64,000 bases of DNA from Arcobacteraceae bacterium (GTDB lineage: Bacteria > Campylobacterota > Campylobacteria > Campylobacterales > Arcobacteraceae). Positions 51,460-62,325 of this stretch are shown in pieces (within the stretch, counting starts at the first letter, position 1; the number at the start of each line of letters is the position of its first letter). The notes beneath the pieces were generated by a model. That model made no database searches, had not been told where the DNA came from, and saw only the letters and a list, made by a program, of their open reading frames with translations. The position numbers and the translations under genes were made by a program. The DNA is taken from assembly GCA_963662945.1 (NCBI GenBank), contig OY759974.1, positions 1,952,001-2,016,000 on the forward strand, written 5' to 3'.

Positions 51460-51486
51460 CAAGGAAAAAAATAAGGCAATATAATT

Positions 51487-52680
51487 ATGACGGAATCTTT
51501 GAGTAGGCTCGTAGAGTTTACAAAAAATTTAACACTTCTATATGTGGAAGATGAGCAGTATTCTAGAGAACAAACTTTGGGTATTTTAGAACTTTTTTTT
51601 GATAAAATTATTATTGCTATTGATGGTCAAGATGCCTTAGAAAAATATAATACACATACCATAGATTTTATTATTACAGATATTAATATGCCAAATATAA
51701 ATGGTTTGAAATTTATTGAAGTTGTACGAGATTCTAATAAATATATCCCAATAGTGATAGTTTCAGCACATAGTGATACAGATTTTTTTCTTGAATCTAT
51801 CAAGTTAGGTGTAGATGGATATTTGATTAAGCCAATAGAATCAGAGCAATTTATCTATCAAATAAGTAAAAATTTACATAATCTATATCTACAAAATCAA
51901 TTGAAAGATTATCATAAAAATCTAGAGATTCAAGTACAAAAGCAAGTTGAAGAGTTAAGAGAAAAAGATAAAATACTGATTCAACAAACCAAACTAGCAA
52001 CCATGGGTGAGATGATGGATGTTATAGCGCATCAATGGAAACAGCCTATTAACATTATAGCTATGCATACTTCACTTATTTGGGAATTATATGGAGAGTA
52101 TAATCTTCCAATAAATTCAAAAGATATTGAAAAATGTTATTCTTCTGTAAACGTACAAGTAAAACATCTTGTAAAAACTCTTGATGATTTTAGAAAGTTT
52201 TTTAGACCAAATGAAACGATGGAAATAATAAAGTTAAAATCTCTTTTAGATTCGGTAATGGTATTAATACATGATGATTTGATTAAAAATCTAATCACTG
52301 TAGAGTTAGATTGTGATGAGAGTATAGAGATTTATGTTAATGTAAGTGAGATAAAACATATCTTTATAAACCTTATCAATAATTCAAAAGATGCTTTTAA
52401 TCAAAATGAGATAGAAAAACGAAAAATACAAATTGCTTGTAAACATGATAATAACTCTGTGATAGTTCATGTTGCTGATAATGCTTGTGGAATACCAGAA
52501 GCAATTATAGGAAATATTTTTGAACCAAATTTTACTACAAAAGGTGAAATCGGAGGCACTGGTATTGGTTTGTATATGTCACGATTTATCGCTAAGAAAA
52601 ATAATGTAACAATAGATGTAGAAAACCTAGATAATGGGGCAAATTTTATTTTAGAATTTCAAAAAGCTAATTTGGAATAG
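51487..52680 (+). CDS. Soluble hybrid REC-histidine kinase
   Basis: YVEDE..TDINMP REC domain, IAHQWKQP, GTGIGLY; no TM. Confidence 0.9.
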   Translation: MTESLSRLVEFTKNLTLLYVEDEQYSREQTLGILELFFDKIIIAIDGQDALEKYNTHTIDFIITDINMPNINGLKFIEVVRDSNKYIPIVIVSAHSDTDFFLESIKLGVDGYLIKPIESEQFIYQISKNLHNLYLQNQLKDYHKNLEIQVQKQVEELREKDKILIQQTKLATMGEMMDVIAHQWKQPINIIAMHTSLIWELYGEYNLPINSKDIEKCYSSVNVQVKHLVKTLDDFRKFFRPNETMEIIKLKSLLDSVMVLIHDDLIKNLITVELDCDESIEIYVNVSEIKHIFINLINNSKDAFNQNEIEKRKIQIACKHDNNSVIVHVADNACGIPEAIIGNIFEPNFTTKGEIGGTGIGLYMSRFIAKKNNVTIDVENLDNGANFILEFQKANLE

Positions 52681-54343
52681 TTTCTGAGGGTTTCCCTGTA
52701 TAGTACCCTTGGGAGTATTCTATCCCCATAGATTTTACTTTTTCATATATTTCTTGACTACTGACAGATTCTGCGATAACTTTGGCGTGTAAAGATTTCG
52801 CAAATTGTATCATAGATTCTACAACTGCCTCTATTTTTTTATCAGATAGTAAACTCTCTATATAATATCCATCAATCTTTATATAATCTATTTTAATACT
52901 ATGAAGTTTTTGGATATTGCTATGGTTTGTACCAAAATCATCAATTGCAATTTGAAATCCCAAACTATTCAGAAGAGAGATGTTTTTTATGATGTTCTCA
53001 TTTTCTAAAATTGTTACAGATTCAACTATCTCAAAAATGATTTTTGATGGTTTGATATTGTGTTTTGAAGAACAATTTAATACAAAAGATATAAAACTAT
53101 CATCCAATAAATCATCTTGAGTGATGTTAATTGCAATATTAAGATTTTTATTTTTTATATTTTTAAAAACTTTAGAGGTCATAACTTTTGTAATATCTGG
53201 AAGTAGTTGAAATAATTTGGCATTTTCCAGATAGTAATAAGGTTTACTTACTCTATTCATTTCTAATACTCTTGCAAGGGCTTCATAGGTTTCAGTTTTT
53301 CCTGTTTGATTGTTTACTATGGGTTGATAATAAGGGATGATAGCATCAGTTTTTAATACTTTTTTTATTTTTTTCAACCATTTAAGATTGTCATCTCTTC
53401 TGTGTGTGAGTAGAGAATTACTTGAATAAAAACCATATTTATCTTTTCCTATTTGACGTGCTTCTTTGATGGCAATATGTGCTTTTCTTAAAATATCATC
53501 ACCTCTGCCATGTCCAACTCCAACAGTACATGATAAAGCAAAATCATCAATATTTGTGTCTATTTTTGTATTTTCAAGAGTTTTAATGATATTTATTACA
53601 AATGCTTTGAGTTCATCTTCTGTGATTTTAGAGAATAAAAATGCAAACTCATCTGATACAACACGAAATAGTTGTGAGTTTTCAGTATTTTGTTGATGTA
53701 ATAGTTCAGATATTTTAACGATAACTTCATCCCCAATACCATATCCATATTTACAGTTTATTACATCAAAATTATCAATGTTGACTAAAATAAGATGGTA
53801 ATAGTTAGTACTATGAAGATAGATGTCTAGTTTATTTTTATTTTCTAAATTTGTCAGTTTATCTATAAAAATATTTGGATTTGTATTACTAAGAGTTAAA
53901 GTATTTGTTTGAGTATTTAACTCTTTGTTTTTGATATATTGTATATAGTTGGTAGCTTTATTTAAGATATTAATCATATTTGTAGTTACAAGAGGTTTGA
54001 GTAAAATATCATTTATCCCCAACTCCAAGGCTGTTTTATAAGTATTTAAATCTTGATGGGCAGATACCATAACAATATATTCCAAAGGATTGATGGCTTT
54101 AAGCTCTTTAATTAAATCAAAACCTGATAACAATGGCATATAAATATCTGTAAAAACAAGATCAATAGAATCTAAATATGTAGTATAAAGTTCTAAAGCT
54201 TCTTGTCCATTTTGTGCCATATAAACATTATTAAAAAAAAGTTCAAGTAATCCTTGTAACTCTATTCTTGATTGTTCATCATCCTCTAAACATAATACAT
54301 TCAATCTTTTTGTATTAAAAGTGAGTTTTTTAATCTCATTCAT
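52667..54343 (-). CDS. REC-GGDEF(degenerate)-EAL protein, probable c-di-GMP phosphodiesterase
   Basis: REC domain, degenerate VSDEF, YQPIV, YEALAR, DDFGT. Confidence 0.88.
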   Translation of the reverse strand: MNEIKKLTFNTKRLNVLCLEDDEQSRIELQGLLELFFNNVYMAQNGQEALELYTTYLDSIDLVFTDIYMPLLSGFDLIKELKAINPLEYIVMVSAHQDLNTYKTALELGINDILLKPLVTTNMINILNKATNYIQYIKNKELNTQTNTLTLSNTNPNIFIDKLTNLENKNKLDIYLHSTNYYHLILVNIDNFDVINCKYGYGIGDEVIVKISELLHQQNTENSQLFRVVSDEFAFLFSKITEDELKAFVINIIKTLENTKIDTNIDDFALSCTVGVGHGRGDDILRKAHIAIKEARQIGKDKYGFYSSNSLLTHRRDDNLKWLKKIKKVLKTDAIIPYYQPIVNNQTGKTETYEALARVLEMNRVSKPYYYLENAKLFQLLPDITKVMTSKVFKNIKNKNLNIAINITQDDLLDDSFISFVLNCSSKHNIKPSKIIFEIVESVTILENENIIKNISLLNSLGFQIAIDDFGTNHSNIQKLHSIKIDYIKIDGYYIESLLSDKKIEAVVESMIQFAKSLHAKVIAESVSSQEIYEKVKSMGIEYSQGYYTGKPSETIPN

Positions 54344-56675
54344 GTTTTTCCTTTGGAAAATTAAGTGTAAAAATTGCACCATCTTCAGCATTTGTAGCAC
54401 TTATAGTTCCATTAAAATGTTTTTCAATAATTACTTTTGTCATATATAATCCTATCCCTGTACCTTCACCTTGTTCTTTTGTTGTAAAATAGGGATTAAA
54501 AATTTTATTGAGTATTGCAGTTGGGATTCCTCCTGCATTGTCTGTTACTTTGATGATGGTGTTTTCTTCTTTATCTTTAACAGTTATTGTGATGGTTTTA
54601 TTTTCTCGTTCATAGTTTTTAAAAGCATCTTTGGCATTATTGATAAGGTTTAATAAAATATGCTCAAATTCATTTTTAAAACCATATATTTTTACACCGT
54701 CACTATTTTTTATCTCTAAATGAATATTTTTACTTTTGAGTTGTGGTTCCAAAAATTCTAGAATTTTTTTATAAATATCAAGTACGAAAAAATCCTCTTT
54801 AAGTGTAGAAGGTTTAAAAAAGTTCATAAAATCACTAATAGTTTCAGACATTTTTACACTTTGTTGTTCTATAAATTTTGTTTTTTCTTGAATCTCTTCA
54901 TTTTCTAAAATGTTTAAATGACTAGAAAAATTGAGTTTCATAGCAGCAGCATTGATAGCATTAAGTGGCTGTCTCCATTGATGTGCAATTGAGCCTATCA
55001 TCTCTCCCATTTCTGCCATTTTCGCTTGTTGAGCTATAATTTTATTATTCAGTATCTGTTCACTCTCTAACTCTTTTAGTTTTGTAATATCTTCAAAAAT
55101 AAAAAGTCTTAATTGTTTGTTTTGTTCATCTTTAATAATAGTTGATGAACCTATACATATTTTTAAACTATTCTCTTTGGTAAGGAGTTTATATTCATTT
55201 GCAATAGCTTTTTGCACGATAAATAATGTTTGATTTTCTTCCATTATTGCTGGTTTGTTCTCCTCTAAAAATAGAGAATAAAAATCTTTTTTAAGAAACT
55301 CTTTTCTGTTAAATCCTAATGTTTTATAAAAACTTTTATTGTATTTGATAAGTTTTCCATCTTGGTTGATTACAGCTATTCCGGATTTAGCACTTTTAAA
55401 AATATTGGATAGAAGTATTTGTTGTCCTTTTTTCTCTTTTTTGAGTTTTAGTTTATCTTGAATCTCATCTAAAATATCGAGTTTTAATTGGATGTTATGA
55501 TTTGCTAATTCATTTTTTTTGAGAATTTCAGTAGTAATGTTTGTTGCAAATCCAAGTAGTAATTGTTCTTTTCTTGGATATTCTAAATCATTCATTGGAA
55601 TTAAAATAATTTTAAAATAACTCTTATGTATTTTTTGGATTTGTCGATAATATGTTGTTTGTAAGTGAAGAGTTTCCTCTTCATCTTGTTGTAATAGAGT
55701 AGAAAGTTTATGATCTATATTAAGTTCTTTATTTGTTTTTCCTATGAGTTTTTCTTTTGATTCAAGACCAAAAATATGTGCAGTTGCATTATTTGCAATG
55801 ATATATTCAAATTTTTTATTTTTAACAAAGATGGGATTTGGAGATTTTTCAATAATTGTTTTAAAAAATTCTTTTTGTGCTTTTATTTTTTCTCGTAGTT
55901 TTTTCTCTATTTTTACTTTAGTGTATAGAATATAAAAGAGAATTAATAAAAAAAGTGTACTTGAAAGAACTCTAAAAAGAAATTTTTTAAAAGAATCGTT
56001 AATTTCATCACCATTAAGATTAAATTGTAATATATACAATTGATTTGATGGTGAAAAAACCGACAAAGTACAAGTGTTTTTTTCTGAAATAATATTACGT
56101 ACAATTTTGATTTCACCTTCATATTTTGGTAAATAGTTTTGGATAAAATTGTCCAATGAGATTGTTAATTTTATAAAACCAACAATTTTACCCTGAAAAT
56201 AGATTGGATTTATCTTTGCATATTGATAGTTTTCCCCCATAACTTCTTCAAAAACAACTTGATCTTTTTTTAAAGTATTTTGAGAATAATTTAAATTAGT
56301 TTGTTGATGTTCCAACTCTTTTTTTATGGAAAGAAGATATTTTCCCTCATGGTTGTAAAACAATATATTATCAAGAATTGTATTGTTTCGAAATGGAGTT
56401 AAAACTAAACTTTTTAATAAAAAATCAATATTATTTTTATTAACAATATCATTACTATCTTGCAGTGTTTTAGCAATTGCAAAGGTATTAAAAAATTCCA
56501 AAAAAATATTTTTTAGTTTTTCATTGGAAAGTTTTGTAGCTAATTGGTAATCATATAAAACTTGATGATTTTTTTTTAATTTGAGATTGTGAATATCTGT
56601 TTCATAGTTGGAGTAAAAAAACAATCCAAATAATGAAGATGTGATAAGAAATGCAAAAATAAAGTATCGAATCAT
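54336..56675 (-). CDS. Membrane sensor histidine kinase with two PAS domains
   Basis: Two TMs, two PAS-like segments, IAHQWRQPL, GTGIGLY. Confidence 0.9.
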   Translation of the reverse strand: MIRYFIFAFLITSSLFGLFFYSNYETDIHNLKLKKNHQVLYDYQLATKLSNEKLKNIFLEFFNTFAIAKTLQDSNDIVNKNNIDFLLKSLVLTPFRNNTILDNILFYNHEGKYLLSIKKELEHQQTNLNYSQNTLKKDQVVFEEVMGENYQYAKINPIYFQGKIVGFIKLTISLDNFIQNYLPKYEGEIKIVRNIISEKNTCTLSVFSPSNQLYILQFNLNGDEINDSFKKFLFRVLSSTLFLLILFYILYTKVKIEKKLREKIKAQKEFFKTIIEKSPNPIFVKNKKFEYIIANNATAHIFGLESKEKLIGKTNKELNIDHKLSTLLQQDEEETLHLQTTYYRQIQKIHKSYFKIILIPMNDLEYPRKEQLLLGFATNITTEILKKNELANHNIQLKLDILDEIQDKLKLKKEKKGQQILLSNIFKSAKSGIAVINQDGKLIKYNKSFYKTLGFNRKEFLKKDFYSLFLEENKPAIMEENQTLFIVQKAIANEYKLLTKENSLKICIGSSTIIKDEQNKQLRLFIFEDITKLKELESEQILNNKIIAQQAKMAEMGEMIGSIAHQWRQPLNAINAAAMKLNFSSHLNILENEEIQEKTKFIEQQSVKMSETISDFMNFFKPSTLKEDFFVLDIYKKILEFLEPQLKSKNIHLEIKNSDGVKIYGFKNEFEHILLNLINNAKDAFKNYERENKTITITVKDKEENTIIKVTDNAGGIPTAILNKIFNPYFTTKEQGEGTGIGLYMTKVIIEKHFNGTISATNAEDGAIFTLNFPKEKHE

Positions 56676-56685
56676 AGTTTAAAGG

Positions 56686-57567
56686 TTATTCTATATATTT
56701 ATAAATATCTTCCATAATGGCATAATTTGTACTATTTGTTTTTTTGTACATTATTGTTTTACCAAGTCTTGGTACAAAGTTTTTAGGCATACTTATAAGT
56801 GCATCTTGTAAAGAGTTTTTGAGTTCTTGTGATAAACTTTTTTGAACTATTATTGGAGATTTAGGTATATCATCTGATTCCCAAATAATTATATTTGTTT
56901 TTGTGGAAATTTTTTTATCTTCTATAAGTTGATGATAAAACATCTCAGCAGTAGCTGCCATCGGAATAATATTATTTGCAACAACTAATTCAGCAGCATC
57001 ATGTGTACCTACAAAAGTGATTTGTTTAAAATAATCTTCAATTTTAATATTTGCTTTTTTCATATAATAGTTTGGTACAGCGTATCCTGAAGTAGAACTT
57101 TCATCTGTAAAAGCTAATATCCATTTTTGTTTATATTTTTCAAGTTTTGATTTTAAAATATTCATGCCAGCTTCACCTTTTAAAGGTGTTGAGATATTGA
57201 GTGTTTTTGCTACCTCTGGTGTAACAACAAAGAGTGATTTATAAGTTGCAAAACCATCTTTAGTTACCCCAGTTACTATTGGTTCAACTTCAGCTACTTT
57301 TTTTGTTAGGACATAAGAAAATGGTCCTACAAATGCAAAATCAAGTTCATTTTTTGAAAATTTATTGATAATTTCGCCATAACTATTTTCGTAATTAATT
57401 TTTATACATCTATGAATTTTTTTTTCAAGGTATTTTTTCCAATCTTGATAATAACTTTCTATTTCTGAGATATTAACATAAGGTATAACACCATATCTTA
57501 GACACTTAGTATCTGCAAGAATATTAGTTATTAAAAATACAGAGAGTAAAAAAACTACTTTTGTCAC
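56686..57567 (-). CDS. PhnD-like phosphate/phosphite/phosphonate-binding protein
   Basis: Signal peptide, GPFSYV, SSTSGY, GTHDA. Confidence 0.85.
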   Translation of the reverse strand: MTKVVFLLSVFLITNILADTKCLRYGVIPYVNISEIESYYQDWKKYLEKKIHRCIKINYENSYGEIINKFSKNELDFAFVGPFSYVLTKKVAEVEPIVTGVTKDGFATYKSLFVVTPEVAKTLNISTPLKGEAGMNILKSKLEKYKQKWILAFTDESSTSGYAVPNYYMKKANIKIEDYFKQITFVGTHDAAELVVANNIIPMAATAEMFYHQLIEDKKISTKTNIIIWESDDIPKSPIIVQKSLSQELKNSLQDALISMPKNFVPRLGKTIMYKKTNSTNYAIMEDIYKYIE

Positions 57568-57575
57568 ATAAATAC

Positions 57576-58574
57576 CTACATTTTAAAATGTTTGAGTGCA
57601 TACATATACGAGTTTCTCTCATAAGCTGAGGGATTATCTGTATGGTGTAATGAAATACTACCAATCATCTGTTTGATTGATTCATATTCATGTTCCAGCA
57701 TCCATTTTTCCATCTCAAAAAGCATATTGTATAAATACTTCTCTCCTCTTTCTAAAAGAATAGAAGCTATTGCAACACTATTAGCACCACTCATCATTGC
57801 TTTTAAAACATCTTCACCTGTTTTAATTCCTGTATTTACACATAAATCAGCATCTAATTTATTAAATAAAATAGCACACCATCGTAAAGATTCACTTTTA
57901 TCTTTAGAGTTTGTAAGGTGTGCTCTTTGAGTTGCACTCAATGTTTCTAAATCAATACTTACATTAATAGGATTATCAAAAAGTGTTAAGCCATTTGCAC
58001 CTGCTTCTACAAATTTTTTTGCCATATTTGCAGGATTTGTAAAGTAGGAGTTCATTTTTACATTTAAAGGAATAGAAATATGTTGTCGTAGATTTTTAAT
58101 AGTATTGATATACATATTTTCTATCTCCGCACCACTCATATCAATTGAAGTTGGGATATAAGTGATATTAAGTTCTAAAGCATCTGCACCAGCTTCTTCT
58201 AATTTAGAACCATATTTAATCCAACCAGCTTCACTTACACCATTTAAACTAGCAATTACAGGAACATTCGTAGATTTTTTTACTTCACTTACAAATTCTA
58301 AATAATGTTCACTATCTAAATTATCAAATTGCATATCTGTAGGAAAATACTCTAAAGCTTCCGCATAACTATCATTTTCTTTATATAAAAAGTGGTCTAA
58401 CACTTTTTGTTCATGATTGATTTGTTCTTCAAAAAGTGAATGAAGAACAACAGCAGCAATACCGTGGTCTTCTAGTCGTTTAATACCACCTAAACTATTT
58501 GTAATAGGTGATGCTGAAGCTATAATTGGATTTTTAAGGTTGAGTCCTAAATAAGTTGTTGTTAAATCAATCAT
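57576..58574 (-). CDS. Dihydroorotate dehydrogenase-like flavoprotein
   Basis: DLTTTYLGLNLKNPIIASASP, SLFEEQI, GADALELN, AYERNSY; coupled to PFOR. Confidence 0.88.
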   Translation of the reverse strand: MIDLTTTYLGLNLKNPIIASASPITNSLGGIKRLEDHGIAAVVLHSLFEEQINHEQKVLDHFLYKENDSYAEALEYFPTDMQFDNLDSEHYLEFVSEVKKSTNVPVIASLNGVSEAGWIKYGSKLEEAGADALELNITYIPTSIDMSGAEIENMYINTIKNLRQHISIPLNVKMNSYFTNPANMAKKFVEAGANGLTLFDNPINVSIDLETLSATQRAHLTNSKDKSESLRWCAILFNKLDADLCVNTGIKTGEDVLKAMMSGANSVAIASILLERGEKYLYNMLFEMEKWMLEHEYESIKQMIGSISLHHTDNPSAYERNSYMYALKHFKM

Positions 58575-61500
58575 TTTGTGTTCCTTTATTTTCAAATTGA
58601 TGTTGTAAATTTGTATATCTTTCATAAAGCGTTTTAGCTGCATGAGTTGCAGTATCAAGATATGTTATTGCAGAGTTTTTATCTATCTTTTCAACCATCT
58701 TAAATCGTGTTTCATTATACATATAATCTTTGACACTGATTTGAGGACCTTTATAGTCTAAAGTAAGTGGATTTTCTCCAATATCTAGAAGTTCAGGATT
58801 AAATCTAAAAATAGGCCACAATCCACACTCAACAGCTTTTTTCTGTTGCTCCATTCCATATCGTAAATCATATCCGTGCGCAACACAGTGAGAATAAGCT
58901 ATGATAATAGATGGACCATCATATTGTTCCGCTTCCATAAAAGCTTTTACAGTTGCTTTATCATTTGCACCCATTGAGACTTTTGCCACATAAACATTTT
59001 GATAATTAATAGCCATAGAAGCTAAATCTTTTGGTAAACCAGCTTTTCCACCAGCTGCAAATTTAGCAACAGCACCTGTCATAGTTGCCTTACTTTGTTG
59101 TCCACCTGTATTTGAATATACTTGTGTATCTAGCACTAAAATATTGACATTTTTCCCACTTGCTAAAACATGATCTAAGCCGCCATATCCAATATCATAG
59201 GCCCAACCATCTCCTCCCATAATCCATACAGATTTTTTCACTAAATACTCAACAATATTTTCTAATTCTTTTACTGTATCACTAGCCGGTATATTTTGAA
59301 GAGCATTTTGAAGTTTTAATACTCTTGCTCTTTGAAGGTTGATTTGTTCTTCTGTTTTTTGTTCGGCATTTAAAATATCATCAACTAAGACCATATCAAG
59401 TTGATCTTTTAATTGTTCTAGTAAGGTTCTGGCTTTTAAAGTATGACTATCAACAGAAAGCCTAAATCCCAAACCAAACTCTGCATTGTCTTCAAATAAA
59501 GAGTTTGACCAAGCAGGTCCTCTCCCTTTTGCATCTTTTTTCCAAGGAGTTGTTGGCAAGTTTCCACCATAAATAGAACTACATCCTGTAGCATTTGCTA
59601 TAAGCATTCTATCTCCAAAAAGTTGTGAGGCTAATTTTACATATGGTGTTTCTCCACAGCCTGGACAAGCACCACTAAACTCAAACAATGGCTCCAAGAA
59701 TTGAGAGTCTTTTACATTTGTATGGTCTAGCTGTTCCCTTGGTACATTTGGTAAAGAAAGGAAATAATCCCATTGTTTTATCCCTTCTTCTCTTAAAGGA
59801 AGTTGTGGTTTCATATTGATAGCTTTGAGATTTGTTTGGGATTTGTTTTTTGCAGGACAAACCTCTACACACAACTCACAACCAGTACAATCTTCAACGG
59901 CAACTGAGATATTAAATACATCATTTTCTCCAAAGTTTTTCCCTTTTGCTTTTTTGTAATGAAAACTATCAGGTGCCTTTTCTACTAATGTTTTATCAAA
60001 TACTTTTGAACGAATAACAGAATGTGGACAGACTAAAACACATTTGTTACATTGGATACAAGTATCAGCATCCCACACAGGAACTTCTTGTGCTATATTT
60101 CTTTTTTCATATTGAGTTGTACCTGTTGGCCAAGTCCCATCTGCAGGTATATCAGAAACAGGAATCTCATCACCTTTATATTCTGTGATTTTTTGGATAA
60201 CATTAGCAACAAAAGGAGACAAATCACCTTTTAGGACACTTTTAAGTGCAATGTCACTTGAAATTTGTGATGGTACTTGTATTTCAAAAAGATTTTCTAA
60301 ACTACTATCAACAGCAGCATAATTCATCTTTACAATAGAATCACCTTTTTTCCCATAAGTTTTATAAATAGAGTCTTTGATTTTTTCTATCGCTTCTTCT
60401 TTTTGAAGTATTCCACTTATTGCAAAAAAACAAGTCTGCATCACTGTATTTATTCTTGAACCCATATTACTTTTTTTAGCTACACTATAAGCATCTATTG
60501 CATAAAATTTTAGTTTTTTATCTACAATTTGTTTTTGTGTAGCTTTTGGTAATCTATCCCAAATCTCCTCTTTTGAATATGGAGTATTAAGTAAAAATGT
60601 AGCTCCATCTTTAGCAATCTCTAATAGATCCAACTTTTCTAAAAAGACCGCTTGATGTACACCAACGAAATCTGCTTTTTGAATAAGATAACTTGATTTT
60701 ATCTCTTTATTTCCAAATCGTAAATGAGAAGTTGTCATAGAACCAGATTTTTTTGAATCGTATACAAAATATCCTTGAGCATAATTATCTGTTTCCATCC
60801 CTATAATTTTGATAGAATTTTTATTTGCACCAACAGTTCCATCACTTCCAAGTCCATAAAATACAGCTTCATATTGATCGCTATTTTTCATAATAAGGTT
60901 TTTATCATATTCTAAACTTGTATGGGTAACATCATCATTGATCCCTATTGTAAAATGATTTTTAGGAAGTGGTTTGCTTAATTCATCAAAAATAGTTTTT
61001 ATCATACTTGGGGTAAATTCTTTTGAAGAGATACCATATCGTCCACCTATGATTTTTGGCATAGAAAATGGTAAATTATTTTGTGATTCAAAAAGAGCTG
61101 TTACAACATCGTGGTAAAGTGGTTCCCCTATACTCCCTGATTCTTTTGTTCTATCAAGAACTGCTATTGCTTGTACTGTTTTTGGTAAGGTACCTATAAA
61201 ACTTTCAATACAAAATGGAAGTGCTAGTCTTACTTTTATCATACCAACTTTTTCTCCATCTTTTGTAAGATGTTCGATAGTTTCATCAACAGCACTTGCA
61301 CCTGAGCCCATTACAACTATAAGTTTTGTAGCATCAGTTGCTCCTACATAGTCAAAAAGTTTGTAACTCCTTCCTGTTAATGTGGCAAATTTATCCATTT
61401 GTTTTTGAAGAATTTTTGGAGTTTCATTATAATATTTATTGACAGTTTCTCTCCCTTGAAAATAAACATCAGGGTTCTGACTAGTACCTCTTAAAATTGG

Positions 61501-62136
61501 TTTATCAGGTGTCATACCTCTTTGTCTATGAGCATTTACAAGTTGGGTATCAATCATTTTCTTTAAAATATCTTCATTTAAAACTTCAATTTTATTTACT
61601 TCGTGAGAGGTTCTAAATCCATCAAAAAAATGTAAAAAAGGGATTCTAGATTCTAAAGATGCTGCTTGAGATATAAGAGCAAAGTCGTGGGCTTCTTGAA
61701 CACTGTTTGATGCCATTAAAGCAAATCCCGTTTGTCGTACACCCATAACATCTTGATGATCTCCAAAGATTGATAAGCCTTGTGCTGCTAAACTTCTTGC
61801 TGCTACATGAAAAACTGTAGGTGTTAATTCTCCTGCAATTTTATACATATTTGGAATCATAAGGAGTAAACCTTGGGAAGCTGTAAATGTTGTAGTTAAA
61901 CTTCCAGCTTGCAAAGCACCATGAACAGCTCCACTGGCTCCCCCTTCACTTTGCATTTCATATACTTCAGGGATTGTTCCAAAAATATTTTTTTCATGTT
62001 TTGCACTATACAGGTCGCTTAGTTCTCCCATTGGAGATGAAGGAGTGATAGGATAGATTGCTATAACTTCATTTATTTTATGGGCTACTAAAGCTACAGC
62101 CTCATTACCATCGATTGTTTTAAACTCTTTATTCAT
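58567..62136 (-). CDS. nifJ: Pyruvate:ferredoxin (flavodoxin) oxidoreductase, single-chain
   Basis: IYPITPSS, GLGSDGTVG, two ferredoxin CxxCxxCxxxCP motifs, GACPGCGE, GGDGWAYDIG. Confidence 0.96.
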   Translation of the reverse strand: MNKEFKTIDGNEAVALVAHKINEVIAIYPITPSSPMGELSDLYSAKHEKNIFGTIPEVYEMQSEGGASGAVHGALQAGSLTTTFTASQGLLLMIPNMYKIAGELTPTVFHVAARSLAAQGLSIFGDHQDVMGVRQTGFALMASNSVQEAHDFALISQAASLESRIPFLHFFDGFRTSHEVNKIEVLNEDILKKMIDTQLVNAHRQRGMTPDKPILRGTSQNPDVYFQGRETVNKYYNETPKILQKQMDKFATLTGRSYKLFDYVGATDATKLIVVMGSGASAVDETIEHLTKDGEKVGMIKVRLALPFCIESFIGTLPKTVQAIAVLDRTKESGSIGEPLYHDVVTALFESQNNLPFSMPKIIGGRYGISSKEFTPSMIKTIFDELSKPLPKNHFTIGINDDVTHTSLEYDKNLIMKNSDQYEAVFYGLGSDGTVGANKNSIKIIGMETDNYAQGYFVYDSKKSGSMTTSHLRFGNKEIKSSYLIQKADFVGVHQAVFLEKLDLLEIAKDGATFLLNTPYSKEEIWDRLPKATQKQIVDKKLKFYAIDAYSVAKKSNMGSRINTVMQTCFFAISGILQKEEAIEKIKDSIYKTYGKKGDSIVKMNYAAVDSSLENLFEIQVPSQISSDIALKSVLKGDLSPFVANVIQKITEYKGDEIPVSDIPADGTWPTGTTQYEKRNIAQEVPVWDADTCIQCNKCVLVCPHSVIRSKVFDKTLVEKAPDSFHYKKAKGKNFGENDVFNISVAVEDCTGCELCVEVCPAKNKSQTNLKAINMKPQLPLREEGIKQWDYFLSLPNVPREQLDHTNVKDSQFLEPLFEFSGACPGCGETPYVKLASQLFGDRMLIANATGCSSIYGGNLPTTPWKKDAKGRGPAWSNSLFEDNAEFGLGFRLSVDSHTLKARTLLEQLKDQLDMVLVDDILNAEQKTEEQINLQRARVLKLQNALQNIPASDTVKELENIVEYLVKKSVWIMGGDGWAYDIGYGGLDHVLASGKNVNILVLDTQVYSNTGGQQSKATMTGAVAKFAAGGKAGLPKDLASMAINYQNVYVAKVSMGANDKATVKAFMEAEQYDGPSIIIAYSHCVAHGYDLRYGMEQQKKAVECGLWPIFRFNPELLDIGENPLTLDYKGPQISVKDYMYNETRFKMVEKIDKNSAITYLDTATHAAKTLYERYTNLQHQFENKGTQND

Positions 62137-62164
62137 AGAAAATCCTCGTAATGAAATGGAAGGT

Positions 62165-62197
62165 ATTATAAAAGAGTAGTATTACAGTTTAATTACA
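62165..62197 (-). promoter_or_regulatory. Pho-box promoter of the PFOR operon
   Basis: TGTAAT-TAAAC-TGTAAT, 10 nt, TATAAT. Confidence 0.8.
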
Positions 62198-62325
62198 CTT
62201 TGATAAATTAAATGATTATTCAGTTACCTCTTTTTATATACATTCAAGCTTTTATAGTAAAAAAGCCTATGACCTGTATTGTACAACTTACTTTCTTAAT
62301 AATAAAATTTGAGAATAGGGGAGAA

